NCBI GenBank assembly: GCA_947259585.1
Contig: CAMYMV010000009.1
Location: 40,658-104,657, forward strand
DNA from: an uncultured Gemmatimonadales bacterium
GTDB lineage: Bacteria > Gemmatimonadota > Gemmatimonadetes > Palauibacterales > Palauibacteraceae
DNA length: 64,000 bases
Direction: 5' to 3'
Shown here: positions 36,525 to 46,239 of the stretch, one piece after another
How positions within the stretch are numbered: position 1 is the first letter of the stretch
Layout of the letters: each line of letters opens with the position of its first letter
The notes under the pieces: model-generated
Seen by the model: only the letters and a program-made list of their open reading frames with translations
The model's database searches: none
What the model was told of the DNA's origin: nothing
Position numbers and translations under genes: made by a program

Positions 36525-37674
36525 TGATCTGGCCAAGAGACTGAGGTTCCTGCTTGTGGCCGGGGCCGCCGCGATTGCGCTGTGCGGCCTGCCCCAGACC
36601 GCTTCAGCGCAGGAAACAGACGAAGAGGAAGAGGAAGAAGAACAGCCTGTCTTGCCCTCGACCGCTTTCGTGCTCAGCGGCTATGGGACGGTGGGCTGGT
36701 CCGCGTCCTCTGAGGAAGGGGGAGGGAATCTGTTCACGGCGAACTTCAATCCGATTTTCCTCTTCCAGTTCGAGGATCGTTTCCTGTTCGAGGCGGAGTT
36801 TGAATTCGAGCTCCAAGGCGGCGTGACGGAGACCGGGCTCGAGTACGCTCAGTTGGACGTCATTGCTACGGACTTCCTCGTGTTTGTGGGCGGCAAGTTT
36901 CTCCTTCCCTTTAACGTCTTCGGGGAGCGGCTTCACCCGACCTGGATCAACAAATTTCCGACATCCCCTCCGATCTACGGGCACCACATCTCGGGTTTCG
37001 GTGCCGATCCGCTCCTTCCGATCCTGTCCGACCTTGGTCTCATGGCGAGGGCCGCCGCGACGCCAGGTAGATGGTTGTTGGGCGGCAGCGCGTATATCTC
37101 CCAGGGTCCCGCGCTCGAAGAGCACGAAGAGGAAGAGGGCGGCGAAGAGCACGCTGATGAGGAGCTCCCGGAAATCGGCTTTCCAGGCTCATCCGGCGAC
37201 AACAACAAGAACAAATCCCTCGGACTACGCCTCGATTTCGCGCTTCCCCCCTGGATGGAGGTCAACTTCTCCGTCCTCAACGGGGATTATGATGAAGAAG
37301 GACTTCTGGATTTCACTGCGTACGGGGTGTCGGCGGAAGCCCGGACCAGCGGGTTCGAGGTCCGCGGCGAATTCATTCAGACTCGCCAGGAGATCGAGAC
37401 GGAGGAGGGATTCCCTGAACTGGTCCGAAACGGGTTCTACGCCCAGGCTGCCTATCGCTGGTGGAATTTCGAGCCCGTTCTTCGCTGGACTCAGATCTTC
37501 AACTCGGAGTTGGAGGGTGAGAAGGAGGAGGACGGCGCCCGACAGATGGGCTTCGGTTTGAACTACTGGCTCACGGCTTCCATTGCAATCATGGCCGGGT
37601 ACGAACTGAACCGAGAATCCGGGCTCCCATTGGATAACGACCGCTTCGTCATTCACGCCGCATACGGCTTCTAG
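36514..37674 (+). CDS. Outer-membrane beta-barrel (porin-like) protein
   Basis: Signal peptide (ALCGLPQTASAQ) and an acidic N-terminus (ETDEEEEEEEQ). The sequence has an alternating amphipathic pattern and ends in the aromatic terminus HAAYGF. Confidence 0.7.
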   Translation: MDIDDLAKRLRFLLVAGAAAIALCGLPQTASAQETDEEEEEEEQPVLPSTAFVLSGYGTVGWSASSEEGGGNLFTANFNPIFLFQFEDRFLFEAEFEFELQGGVTETGLEYAQLDVIATDFLVFVGGKFLLPFNVFGERLHPTWINKFPTSPPIYGHHISGFGADPLLPILSDLGLMARAAATPGRWLLGGSAYISQGPALEEHEEEEGGEEHADEELPEIGFPGSSGDNNKNKSLGLRLDFALPPWMEVNFSVLNGDYDEEGLLDFTAYGVSAEARTSGFEVRGEFIQTRQEIETEEGFPELVRNGFYAQAAYRWWNFEPVLRWTQIFNSELEGEKEEDGARQMGFGLNYWLTASIAIMAGYELNRESGLPLDNDRFVIHAAYGF

Positions 37675-37682
37675 GAGGGACG

Positions 37683-38114
37683 ATGGCATTTGACCAGATA
37701 AGAACGAAGAGTCGCCTTCTTCTGCTCGCGGCGGTCTGCAGCCCGCTGCTGGTGGCCAACGATGCGACGGCGCAGGCAGTGGATCCCATGCTGGTGGCAG
37801 AAGGCGCGGCCATGTACGGCGCTACGTGTGCGCGCTGCCACTACGCGCGCTCTCCGCTAGAGCGGTCGGACCGTCAGTGGGTTGTCATCATGAACCATAT
37901 GCGCGTTAGGGCAAACCTTACGGGCCAGCAGACCCGTAAGGTTCTGGCATTTCTGATGGCAACGAACGGCCAGCCTTCCCCTGGGCAGCAGGCCTCGTCT
38001 ACGGCGCGGGACGAGGAGGGGGAGCGAACGGCGGCCGGTGATGGCCAAGTCGAGCGACACGCGGCTGAGACAGCTAGTCGACGACGTTTCCAAGGAACCG
38101 CAGGTCCGCGATAG
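37683..38114 (+). CDS. c-type cytochrome-like protein (single CxxCH)
   Basis: Signal peptide plus the CARCH heme-binding motif. The ATG follows GGAGGGA. Confidence 0.7.
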   Translation: MAFDQIRTKSRLLLLAAVCSPLLVANDATAQAVDPMLVAEGAAMYGATCARCHYARSPLERSDRQWVVIMNHMRVRANLTGQQTRKVLAFLMATNGQPSPGQQASSTARDEEGERTAAGDGQVERHAAETASRRRFQGTAGPR

Positions 38115-38159
38115 CGGGCCTGAGAGGCTTAGAGCTCATGGGAGGAGGTTGAGATCCCT

Positions 38160-38645
38160 TTGCTTCGCAAGCGACGACATCTTTTGACGATACCCGTCCT
38201 TGGACTGGTAGCTCCTTCGGCGATTATGGGGAGCGTCCTGTTTAGAGACTACTCGGAGACGCATTGGCGCGAGTCCGCCACGTCTCTGACCACGGCACCG
38301 GCCGGATCTCGCACTGGTGTGGGCGCGCTCCGGAGTGCGAGTGAGAGTATTCTGCATTTAGTCGGAAAGAACGGCGAAGAGGTATTCAAGCGCCAGTGTG
38401 CCGTCTGCCATGGAGACACGGGCCGGGGCGACGGCCCGGCTTCCGCGGCGCTCAGACCGAAGCCGGCCGATTTGACCGATTCCGAGAAAATGGGTGAGTA
38501 CACCCAGGGGAAGTTGGTGGCGGTGATCGGCAAGGGGAAAGGCATGATGCCGGCCTTCGGCGCCGTCTTGAGCCCGGAGGATCTTGAGGATGTCGCGGGC
38601 TATGTGCACTCACTTTCTGAAGGCGAGGAAACCGGGGATAAGTAG
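38160..38645 (+). CDS. Class I c-type cytochrome
   Basis: GEEVFKRQCAVCHGDTGRGDGPA...GKGMMPAFG...LSPEDLEDVAGYV. The TTG start follows GGGAGGAGG. Confidence 0.82.
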   Translation: MLRKRRHLLTIPVLGLVAPSAIMGSVLFRDYSETHWRESATSLTTAPAGSRTGVGALRSASESILHLVGKNGEEVFKRQCAVCHGDTGRGDGPASAALRPKPADLTDSEKMGEYTQGKLVAVIGKGKGMMPAFGAVLSPEDLEDVAGYVHSLSEGEETGDK

Positions 38646-38687
38646 AGATCCTCACGCACAGCTAAGCAGGAGAAGAGGAGGGCTGAC

Positions 38688-39179
38688 ATGTGGCGGAACG
38701 ATCGTGCCGGCGTTGGACTGTTGGCACTCCGGCTAGGGCTTGGCTTTGTTTTTGTCGCCCATGGTTGGGTCAAGCTGTTTGGGGGCCAGATCTCGTTCAT
38801 ACAGGACATGCTGGAGATCGTAGGCGTTACGTTGCCCGATCCCTTGCTGGTCTTGGTTGCAGTCGTAGAGCTCCTGGGCGGGCTGGCGCTGATTAGCGGT
38901 TTGTTGGCGAGACCGTTCGCCGCAGTGCTTGCAGCTGAAATGTTGATCACCGTCGCCTTGTTCCACGCAGGGCAAGGCTTTTTCATCGTCGCACTTCCCA
39001 ACGCGCCACTAGCCTACGGGTTTGAGTTTCACGTGGCCTTGATCAGTGGCCTCATCTGTATCGCCTTGGCCGGTCCCGGAGCTTTGGCTCTCAGTTCCCG
39101 CGTCGCGCGTGCTGCCACTAGCGCTGAGGCAACGCCCACGGCTCAGAGTAAAGAGACCCGCGATGCTTCCGGCGCTTGA
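38688..39179 (+). CDS. DoxX-family membrane protein
   Basis: VGLLALRLGLGFVFVAHGWVKLFGG plus four TM helices. Confidence 0.85.
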   Translation: MWRNDRAGVGLLALRLGLGFVFVAHGWVKLFGGQISFIQDMLEIVGVTLPDPLLVLVAVVELLGGLALISGLLARPFAAVLAAEMLITVALFHAGQGFFIVALPNAPLAYGFEFHVALISGLICIALAGPGALALSSRVARAATSAEATPTAQSKETRDASGA

Positions 39180-39604
39180 CTGCAAGGCTCTCGAAATGGT
39201 GATCCGGGAGGAGCTTGCAGACGAGCCGCATTCCGCCTGAAACCGCAAGAAAAACACCGTCCATCAGATTTGGCCAGCACCCGCAGTGCCGCGCATCTCC
39301 GCACAATTGAGAAGCAAGACGCTGACGGTATCGGTAGCCGGCCAGGCCTCCGCAAGCGACTCTGAGGGCAAGACTGGAATTACTCCTGAAATGACGAATC
39401 GACGAGAAGGCCTGTCGCTCGCCAGCTGGTGGAACCGGCCAGATCCGACGAGATCATCATCGAGCGACGGCGAAGCAGCCTCGAGTGGGGCGTCATTGGG
39501 CTCGTGATCGGACTGGCGGCGGGTCTGGGTCTCTGCTTGCTACGTCAGGATCCTGCGTCGTCATGAAGCCACGATCGGTGGCTGAAGAAACGAGCGAGAG
39601 ATGG

Positions 39605-39658
39605 GTGAAGAAATCTTATGCTTCGATTGCGAAAAACTTTAGGGGTCCGGGCTAGCTT
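39605..39658 (+). promoter_or_regulatory. Island operator/promoter site H (RND efflux operon)
   Basis: GTGAAG-N4-CTTATG-N5-ATTGCG-N5-CTTTAG-N10-TAGCTT. Confidence 0.6.
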
Positions 39659-39764
39659 GTGGCGAAGTACCACACGGACTCGAACCTACGCTCGCCAGAA
39701 CGAGAAACGCCGGAGCGGACGGAGAGCTCTACGAGATGATGATCGACGAAAGAACAATCGGCGC

Positions 39765-41042
39765 ATGAAAGCTGCGCGCATTCTGCAGGCCTTCTTGCCC
39801 CTGGCCGTTACGGCTGCCCTTCAGGCCGGTCCCGGTATCTCGCAGACTACCGCCGGTCACTTGTCGGTCGACGAGGCCGTGTCCCTCGCCAGGGAAGCGA
39901 ATCCCGCACTCAGGGCCGCGAGGATGCGTGCGGATGCGGCAGCCGAGCGGATACCCCAGGCAGGCGCACTGCCGAATCCGACCCTTGGTTTTGGGCTCGT
40001 CAACCGCCAGTTCGCGGACTTCGGGTCGACCGAAGAGCGCATGCTACAGAACCGCTTCGAGATCTCTCAGAGGTTCCCGTGGCCTGGGACGTTGAGCTCC
40101 TCGAAGGACCGGGCGGAGCACCTCTCCGTGGCTAGCGATCTAGAGATGGAGGAAACCGAGCAGGCGCTGATCGCTCGGGTCAAGACGGTCTACTACCGAC
40201 TCGCTTTCATGGATCGGGCGCTCGAGATCATGGAGGAGACGCGCGAGCTGCTGCGCGAGTTCCTGGATGTTTCCTCGACGCTCTACTCGGTGGGTGAGGG
40301 CCTGCAGCAGGACGTGCTTCAGGCTCAGGTCGCTGTCGCTTCCATGACCGAGGACATCACGGTAGTGGAGCAGGACCGTCTCGCCATGGCGGCTCGCCTC
40401 AACGCACTGCTGGGGAGAGATGCGACGATTCCGATTGGCGACCTCGATCTACCTCCACCGGGTGGTCAACTTCCGCCTCCTGACACGCTCATGGCTCTCG
40501 CCGACGTGCAGCGTCCTGCACTCAGCGCGGCCCGGGAGAGGGCGCTGGCCGCGGAGGCGGGATACCGTGCCGCCAAAAGGTCGATCTACCCTGACTTCGC
40601 GCTGCTCTTCGCTTACGGGCAGCGGCCCGAGTTCAACGACCTGGCCACAATCATGATCGGGATCAGCCTTCCGCTTTGGGCTGGCAGCAGCCAGCTGCCC
40701 CAGCGTCGCGAGATGCTGGCCATGCAGGCCATGGAAGAAGCGAGGGCGATCGATCTCTACAACGAGACGTTCGCCCGAATAGCAGAGCTCAGGGCCGAGG
40801 CGGAGCGCGACCGACGGCTGGTATCGCTCTACGACACATCGGTTCTTCCGCAGGCGCGGGCGGCCGTCGAATCGGCGCTCTCCGCGTATCGCGTGGGAAA
40901 AGTCGACTTCATGACGCTGGTACAAAACGAACTTACGGTGAACCGCTTCGAGATCGAAGGGGTTCGTCTGGCGGCTGACTACCAACGGGCTTTGGCTGAG
41001 CTCGAGGCTCTCGTAGCAGCCGATCTAGGAGGTGCACAATGA
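39765..41042 (+). CDS. TolC-family outer-membrane efflux protein (CusC/CzcC-like)
   Basis: Signal peptide MKAARILQAFLPLAVTAAL, then two OEP repeats. The start is trimmed to the ATG at 39765. Confidence 0.88.
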   Translation: MKAARILQAFLPLAVTAALQAGPGISQTTAGHLSVDEAVSLAREANPALRAARMRADAAAERIPQAGALPNPTLGFGLVNRQFADFGSTEERMLQNRFEISQRFPWPGTLSSSKDRAEHLSVASDLEMEETEQALIARVKTVYYRLAFMDRALEIMEETRELLREFLDVSSTLYSVGEGLQQDVLQAQVAVASMTEDITVVEQDRLAMAARLNALLGRDATIPIGDLDLPPPGGQLPPPDTLMALADVQRPALSAARERALAAEAGYRAAKRSIYPDFALLFAYGQRPEFNDLATIMIGISLPLWAGSSQLPQRREMLAMQAMEEARAIDLYNETFARIAELRAEAERDRRLVSLYDTSVLPQARAAVESALSAYRVGKVDFMTLVQNELTVNRFEIEGVRLAADYQRALAELEALVAADLGGAQ

Positions 41043-42328
41043 GGTGGTTCCCGAACCGCCAGCTGAGGTATTCAGTAGGCCTGATCCTGATATTCGTGCT
41101 GAGCGCGGCTTGCGGCGAAGGCGATGCTTCTCAGATCGGAGAGGCCTCGGGAGAGCAGGGCACCGGTACGGCCGCGCCGGCCGAGGAGATGGATGCGGGA
41201 GCAGGCGATCGGCAGCCCGTCCACCTCTCGGCGGAGCAGGAGCGCGCACTGGGCGTCGTCTATGTCACCGTCGGTCGAGAGACGTTGACGCGATCGATCC
41301 GCACGATCGGGCGCATCGAGGCGGCCGAGCCGAACGTCGCCGACATCACACCGAAGATCGAGGGGTTCATCGAACAGCTGTTCGTGGCCACGACCGGCGA
41401 GACGGTCCGCCGGGGCCAGCGCCTTCTGACCCTCTACAGTCCTGAGCTGGTAGCCGCGCAGGAGGAGCTCCTCACGGCGCGGCGGCTCGCCGCCGGGATC
41501 GACTCCGCTGCGGGCGAATCGTGGAGGGCCGCCCGTGCGATGCTCGAGGCCTCGCGTCGTCGGCTCGTCTACTGGGACATCACGACTGAGCAGATCGACC
41601 AACTCGAGAGCACGGGAGAAGTGACGAAGACGCTTACCCTGGTGGCGCCCGTCAACGGGATTGTGCTGGAGAAGGACGTCTGGGAGGGGCAGCGGGTGAT
41701 GCCGGGGATGCGGCTCTACCGCATCGCCGATCTCACCGAGGTGTGGGTCGAGGGCGAGGTGTTCGAGCAGGACATCAAGTTCGTCGTGGAGGGCGCGCAG
41801 GCGCACATGGAAGTCGCCGCCTATCCGGGCGAGCACGTGATGGGCGTCGTGAGCTTCGTCTACCCGACCGTGGATGTGCAAAGCCGGACGAACCGGGTGC
41901 GTGTGACGGTGCCGAACCGCGATCTCCGGCTGAAGCCGGGGATGTTCGCCACGATTTTCTTCGACGTCCAGGTCGCCGACGAAGCGCTCACGGTGCCGAT
42001 GGAGGCCGTGGTCGTGACGGGCGAGCGCAACCTCGTGTTCTCGCGTGACGAGGACGGCATGCTGGAGGCTCGCGAGGTCGTGCTGGGCGCCCGGGCAGGC
42101 GAGCGGATCGCAATCCTCTCCGGTCTGTCGGAGGGTGAGCGCATCGTTGGCTCCGCCAACTTCCTCGTCGACGCGGAATCGCGCCTCGGAGGCGCCGGCG
42201 GCATGCCCGGCATGCAGCACGCCGGCCACGGGACAGTGCTCGAGTCCGAGTCGCAGGAGGCCGGCCAGCGCTCCGATACGACGGAGGCCCAGAAGCAGGG
42301 CGACGCGGAGCACCAAGACCATGATTAA
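41039..42328 (+). CDS. RND efflux periplasmic adaptor (CusB/CzcB-like)
   Basis: HlyD_D23-type pattern (LTLYSPELVAAQEELL, LVAPVNGIVLEKDV, GMFATIFF). The tail is His-rich. The gene is coupled by ATGA to the upstream gene. Confidence 0.9.
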   Translation: MRWFPNRQLRYSVGLILIFVLSAACGEGDASQIGEASGEQGTGTAAPAEEMDAGAGDRQPVHLSAEQERALGVVYVTVGRETLTRSIRTIGRIEAAEPNVADITPKIEGFIEQLFVATTGETVRRGQRLLTLYSPELVAAQEELLTARRLAAGIDSAAGESWRAARAMLEASRRRLVYWDITTEQIDQLESTGEVTKTLTLVAPVNGIVLEKDVWEGQRVMPGMRLYRIADLTEVWVEGEVFEQDIKFVVEGAQAHMEVAAYPGEHVMGVVSFVYPTVDVQSRTNRVRVTVPNRDLRLKPGMFATIFFDVQVADEALTVPMEAVVVTGERNLVFSRDEDGMLEAREVVLGARAGERIAILSGLSEGERIVGSANFLVDAESRLGGAGGMPGMQHAGHGTVLESESQEAGQRSDTTEAQKQGDAEHQDHD

Positions 42329-45300
42329 CCGCGTTATTGCCTGGTCGCTCGAGAACCGTTTCCTGGTTCTCCTGGCCACCGCCGCCGTGATAGGTGGCGG
42401 GGTCTGGGCCATGATGACCACGCCGCTGGACGCGATCCCGGACCTGTCGGACGTGCAGGTGATCGTCCAGACGGACTTCCGGGAGCAGGCTCCGGATATC
42501 GTCGAGGACCAGATCACCTACCCGATCGCCTCGGAGATGCTGAAGGTCCCCGGAGCGAGGGTGGTTCGCGGATTCTCCTTCTTCGGCCTCAGCCTCGTCT
42601 ACGTCATTTTCGAGGACGGGACCGACATCTACTGGGCTCGCTCCCGTGTGCTCGAGTACCTGAACGGGATCCGGCAGCAGCTCCCGCCGGCGGTGGAGCC
42701 TGTCCTCGGTCCGGATGCCACCGGCGTCGGCTGGGTGTTCGAGTACGTGCTGGAATCCGACAGCCTGAACCTGGCCGAGCTTCGCACCCTACAGGACTGG
42801 TACATCCGTTACCAGCTCACCGCGGTGCCCGGGGTCTCGGAGGTGGCGAGCCTGGGCGGGTTCGTGCGGCAGTATCAGGTCGAAGTGGATCCCGAGCGGC
42901 TCCGGGCGTTTGGCATCCCCGTGACGCGCGTCGCTGACGCGATCGGCGCCCACAACATCGACATCGGAGCCCGTGTGCTAGAGATGGGCGGCCGCGAATA
43001 CATGATCCGCGGCCTTGGTTACCTCGAGGGCACCGAGGACATCCGGAACGTGGCCGTGGGCGCGACGCCGAACGGTACGCCGATCCGGGTCGCCGACGTC
43101 GCCACGGTGCAGCTCGGCCCGGCCCCGAGGCGAGGCGCGGCCGATCTCGACGGTCGGGGAGAGGTCGTCGCCGGGATCGTCGTCATGCGCTTCGGGTCGG
43201 ACGCGCTCAAGACGATCGAGGCCGTGAAGGAACGGGTCGAGGAGATCAACCGCGGCCTACCCGCCGGAACGCAGCTGCGCACGGCCTACGACCGTAGCGA
43301 CCTGATACATAGGGCCATCGAGACGCTCCGCGACAAGCTGCTCGAGGAGTCCCTCATCGTGGCCGCCGTCGCAGTCGTGTTCCTCCTCCACTTCCGTTCG
43401 GCGCTCGTGGCGATCGTCACGTTGCCCGTTGGCATTCTCATCTCCTTTATCGTGATGCGCTGGATCGGCGTGAACGCGAACATCATGAGCCTCGGCGGGA
43501 TCGCGATCGCGATCGGCGCCATGGTGGACGGCGCCATCGTGATGATCGAGAACATGCACAAGCATCTGGAGCGGGCCGAGCCGGGCGCCTCGCGCTGGGA
43601 GATCGTATACGAGAGCGCCCGGCAGGTGGGACCGCCGCTCTTCTATTCGCTTCTCATCATCACGTTCAGCTTCTTGCCGGTCTTCGCGCTGGAGCAGCAG
43701 GAGGGGCGCCTTTTCAAACCGCTCGCCTACACGAAGACGTTCGCGATGGCCGGCTCCGCATTCCTGGCGATCACCCTGGTCCCGGTCCTGATGGGCTACC
43801 TGATCCGCGGCCGGGTACGTCCCGAGTCCCGAAACCCGGTGAACCGCGTCCTGCGCACGCTGTACCGACCAGTTATCCAGTTCGCGACCCGCCGTCCGTG
43901 GATCGTCGTCGGCGCTGCCGTTCTGGTCCTCGCTGCGACGGTCCTTCCCTGGCAGCGCCTGGGCAGCGAGTTCATGCCTCCTCTCCACGAGGGATCCGTG
44001 CTCTTCATGCCGACGACAGTTCCGGGCGTATCGATCGCGCAGGCGCGTGAGATCATGCGCTACCAAGACAGCGTGCTGGCTTCGTTCCCGGAAGTGGAGA
44101 CCGTGCTCGGAAAGGCGGGACGCGCCCGGACCGCGACCGATCCCGCTCCGCTCGACATGTTCGAGACCACGATCACTCTCCGGCCGAAGGAGGAGTGGCG
44201 CCCAGGCCTGACCTATAACGAGCTGATCGCGGAAATGGATCAGGCGGTCCGGATGCCGGGGGTGACGAACGCCTGGACGATGCCGATCAAGGGCCGGATC
44301 GACATGCTCGCCACGGGGGTCCGCACGCCCGTCGGCATCAAGATCTTCGGTCCCGACCTTGATTCCCTGCAGGCTCTGGGTGAGCGCGTGGAGCGGATCG
44401 TCCAGGAGGTCCCCGGCACACGGAGCGCGTTCGCCGAGCGCGGCGTCTCCGGCTACTACGTGGACATCGATGTCGACCGTATCGAGGCTTCCCGCTACGG
44501 CCTCAATGTCGGCGACATCCATAAGGCGATCATGGCTACCGTGGGCGGGATGACCGCCTCGATCACCGTCGAGGGCCGGGAGCGGTACGAAGTCAACGTC
44601 CGTTATCCACGGGAGCTGAGAGACAACCCGGAGAAGCTGCGCGAAGTGCTTATCCCGGCCATGAGCGGCGCTCAGATCCCACTAGGTCAAGTAGCGAGCA
44701 TCTCCGTGCTTCAGGGGCCGATGGCCGTGAAGACGGAGGACGCGTTCCCAGTAACCATCATCTTCGTGGACATCGGCGAGCGCGACGTGGGTGGCTACGT
44801 GCAAGAGGCTAAGCGACTCGTGAGCGATCGGCTGGTTCTGCCGGCCGGGTACACGCTCGTGTGGAGCGGTCAGTACGAGTTTATGGAGCGCGTCGCGCAG
44901 CGCATGAAGATCGTCGTTCCCGTCACACTCGGGATCATCTTCCTCCTCCTCTACCTCAACTTCCGCGGACTCGCCGAGTCGCTGATCGTCATGCTGGCGC
45001 TTCCGTTCTCCCTCGTCGGCGGCATCTGGTTCCTCTGGCTGCTGGGCTACAACACGAGCGTCGCCGTTTGGGTCGGGTTCATAGCGCTTGCTGGTGTGGC
45101 CGCCGAGACCGGCGTCGTGATGTTGATCTACCTCGACGAGGCTTTTCACCGCAGGAGCCTGGAAGGGCGCATGAGTTCGGCCAGCGACGTGGCGGAGGCG
45201 GTCAGGGAGGGGGCGCTCGAGCGCCTAAGGCCCGTCGTGATGACAGTGACGGCTATCACGGCCGGCCTCGCCCCGATCCTCTGGAGCTCGGGCACAGGCG

Positions 45301-45482
45301 CTGACGTCATGAAGCGGATCGCCTCGCCGATGGTGGGCGGCATGATCAGCGCCACGATTCTCACGCTCATCGTGATCCCCGCGATCTACCTGCTGTGGCG
45401 GTCCTGGCAGGTCAAGCGACGGCCGGAGGCGCCAGTCGAGGAAGCGCTCCGCGACGAGATGGCGCTCGTTCCGGCCGAGTAG
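42321..45482 (+). CDS. Heavy-metal efflux RND permease (CusA/CzcA family)
   Basis: MINRVIAWSLENRFLVLLAT...SLGGIAIAIGAMVDGAIVMIENM...; about 1053 aa with 12-TM RND architecture. The start at 42321 overlaps the adaptor gene's 3' end. Confidence 0.94.
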   Translation: MINRVIAWSLENRFLVLLATAAVIGGGVWAMMTTPLDAIPDLSDVQVIVQTDFREQAPDIVEDQITYPIASEMLKVPGARVVRGFSFFGLSLVYVIFEDGTDIYWARSRVLEYLNGIRQQLPPAVEPVLGPDATGVGWVFEYVLESDSLNLAELRTLQDWYIRYQLTAVPGVSEVASLGGFVRQYQVEVDPERLRAFGIPVTRVADAIGAHNIDIGARVLEMGGREYMIRGLGYLEGTEDIRNVAVGATPNGTPIRVADVATVQLGPAPRRGAADLDGRGEVVAGIVVMRFGSDALKTIEAVKERVEEINRGLPAGTQLRTAYDRSDLIHRAIETLRDKLLEESLIVAAVAVVFLLHFRSALVAIVTLPVGILISFIVMRWIGVNANIMSLGGIAIAIGAMVDGAIVMIENMHKHLERAEPGASRWEIVYESARQVGPPLFYSLLIITFSFLPVFALEQQEGRLFKPLAYTKTFAMAGSAFLAITLVPVLMGYLIRGRVRPESRNPVNRVLRTLYRPVIQFATRRPWIVVGAAVLVLAATVLPWQRLGSEFMPPLHEGSVLFMPTTVPGVSIAQAREIMRYQDSVLASFPEVETVLGKAGRARTATDPAPLDMFETTITLRPKEEWRPGLTYNELIAEMDQAVRMPGVTNAWTMPIKGRIDMLATGVRTPVGIKIFGPDLDSLQALGERVERIVQEVPGTRSAFAERGVSGYYVDIDVDRIEASRYGLNVGDIHKAIMATVGGMTASITVEGRERYEVNVRYPRELRDNPEKLREVLIPAMSGAQIPLGQVASISVLQGPMAVKTEDAFPVTIIFVDIGERDVGGYVQEAKRLVSDRLVLPAGYTLVWSGQYEFMERVAQRMKIVVPVTLGIIFLLLYLNFRGLAESLIVMLALPFSLVGGIWFLWLLGYNTSVAVWVGFIALAGVAAETGVVMLIYLDEAFHRRSLEGRMSSASDVAEAVREGALERLRPVVMTVTAITAGLAPILWSSGTGADVMKRIASPMVGGMISATILTLIVIPAIYLLWRSWQVKRRPEAPVEEALRDEMALVPAE

Positions 45483-45490
45483 GAGGACAC

Positions 45491-45862
45491 ATGACCGAAC
45501 AAGCCGCGGCCGCCACCACTCTCGTCGAGGTTCGAGCCATCGTCAGGGTCGAAATGCTAGACCGCGTGGTCCACTGCCTAAAGGACTGCGGTCTGCCGAG
45601 GCTGACCGTGCAGCGTGCGCATGCCATTGGATCGGCCGTCGACACGGCGACGATGAAGATCTCGTTCGAGGAAGGAAGCGAGTACGCGGACATGGCGATC
45701 GTGCGCTGCATCTGCGCGGCAGACCGCTGCGAAATGCTCACCGAGATCATCACCGGAGCTGCACGGACTGGCCGACCCGGCGACGGCATCGTGTCCGTCC
45801 ACCCGGTCCTGAACCTGACCAAGATCCGAACGAGCGCCGAAGGCGCTGCAGCCCTGGAATAG
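45491..45862 (+). CDS. PII-like (GlnB-fold) protein of the efflux-pump-linked subgroup
   Basis: LVEVRAIVRVEMLDRVVHCLKDCG...TGRPGDGIVSVHPVLNLTKIRT. The ATG follows TAGGAGGA. Confidence 0.75.
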   Translation: MTEQAAAATTLVEVRAIVRVEMLDRVVHCLKDCGLPRLTVQRAHAIGSAVDTATMKISFEEGSEYADMAIVRCICAADRCEMLTEIITGAARTGRPGDGIVSVHPVLNLTKIRTSAEGAAALE

Positions 45863-45906
45863 AACGGCTCACTGCGTGCTCAGGCGGGATTGAACTTGCA
45901 AGAGAT

Positions 45907-46185
45907 ATGGAGAATCAAGAAGAGAAGAGACAGGAGCTTCTGAAGCGGCTTGCAAGGATTCGCGGTCAAGTTGACGGAATCGGCCGCATGCTTGAGCAGC
46001 GGCGTGAAACAGGCGAGGTCCTGCAGCAGCTGGCCGCAGCTCGATCGGCATTGCTGAGCGCTGAGAGCGTCCTGTTCGAGGCCTATGTCGAGCGCACCGT
46101 CACGGCGGCGATCGAAGACGGAGATGCGAGAGCGGAAGCCGTCGGACGGGAGCTGGCCCTGCTCCTTCGACGCCATATGCGCTGA
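45907..46185 (+). CDS. CsoR/RcnR/FrmR-family (DUF156) regulator lacking the usual Cys/His ligands
   Basis: ELLKRLARIRGQVDGIGRMLEQRRETGEVLQQLAAARSAL is the family helix pattern. The protein contains no Cys at all. Confidence 0.75.
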   Translation: MENQEEKRQELLKRLARIRGQVDGIGRMLEQRRETGEVLQQLAAARSALLSAESVLFEAYVERTVTAAIEDGDARAEAVGRELALLLRRHMR

Positions 46186-46239
46186 GACGTGACCTGCCGA
46201 GGAAGCGTGACCTGCGTTCTGCAGACAACGAACAATCTC

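Noticed and set aside
39286-39570. Small ORFs between DoxX and the efflux operon: a 73-aa plus-strand ORF, and a possible 45-aa GTG-initiated peptide ending in a TM segment (EWGVIGLVIGLAAGLGLCLL).
   Set aside because: There is no SD, the start is ambiguous, and no family resemblance was found. The evidence is insufficient to call a gene.
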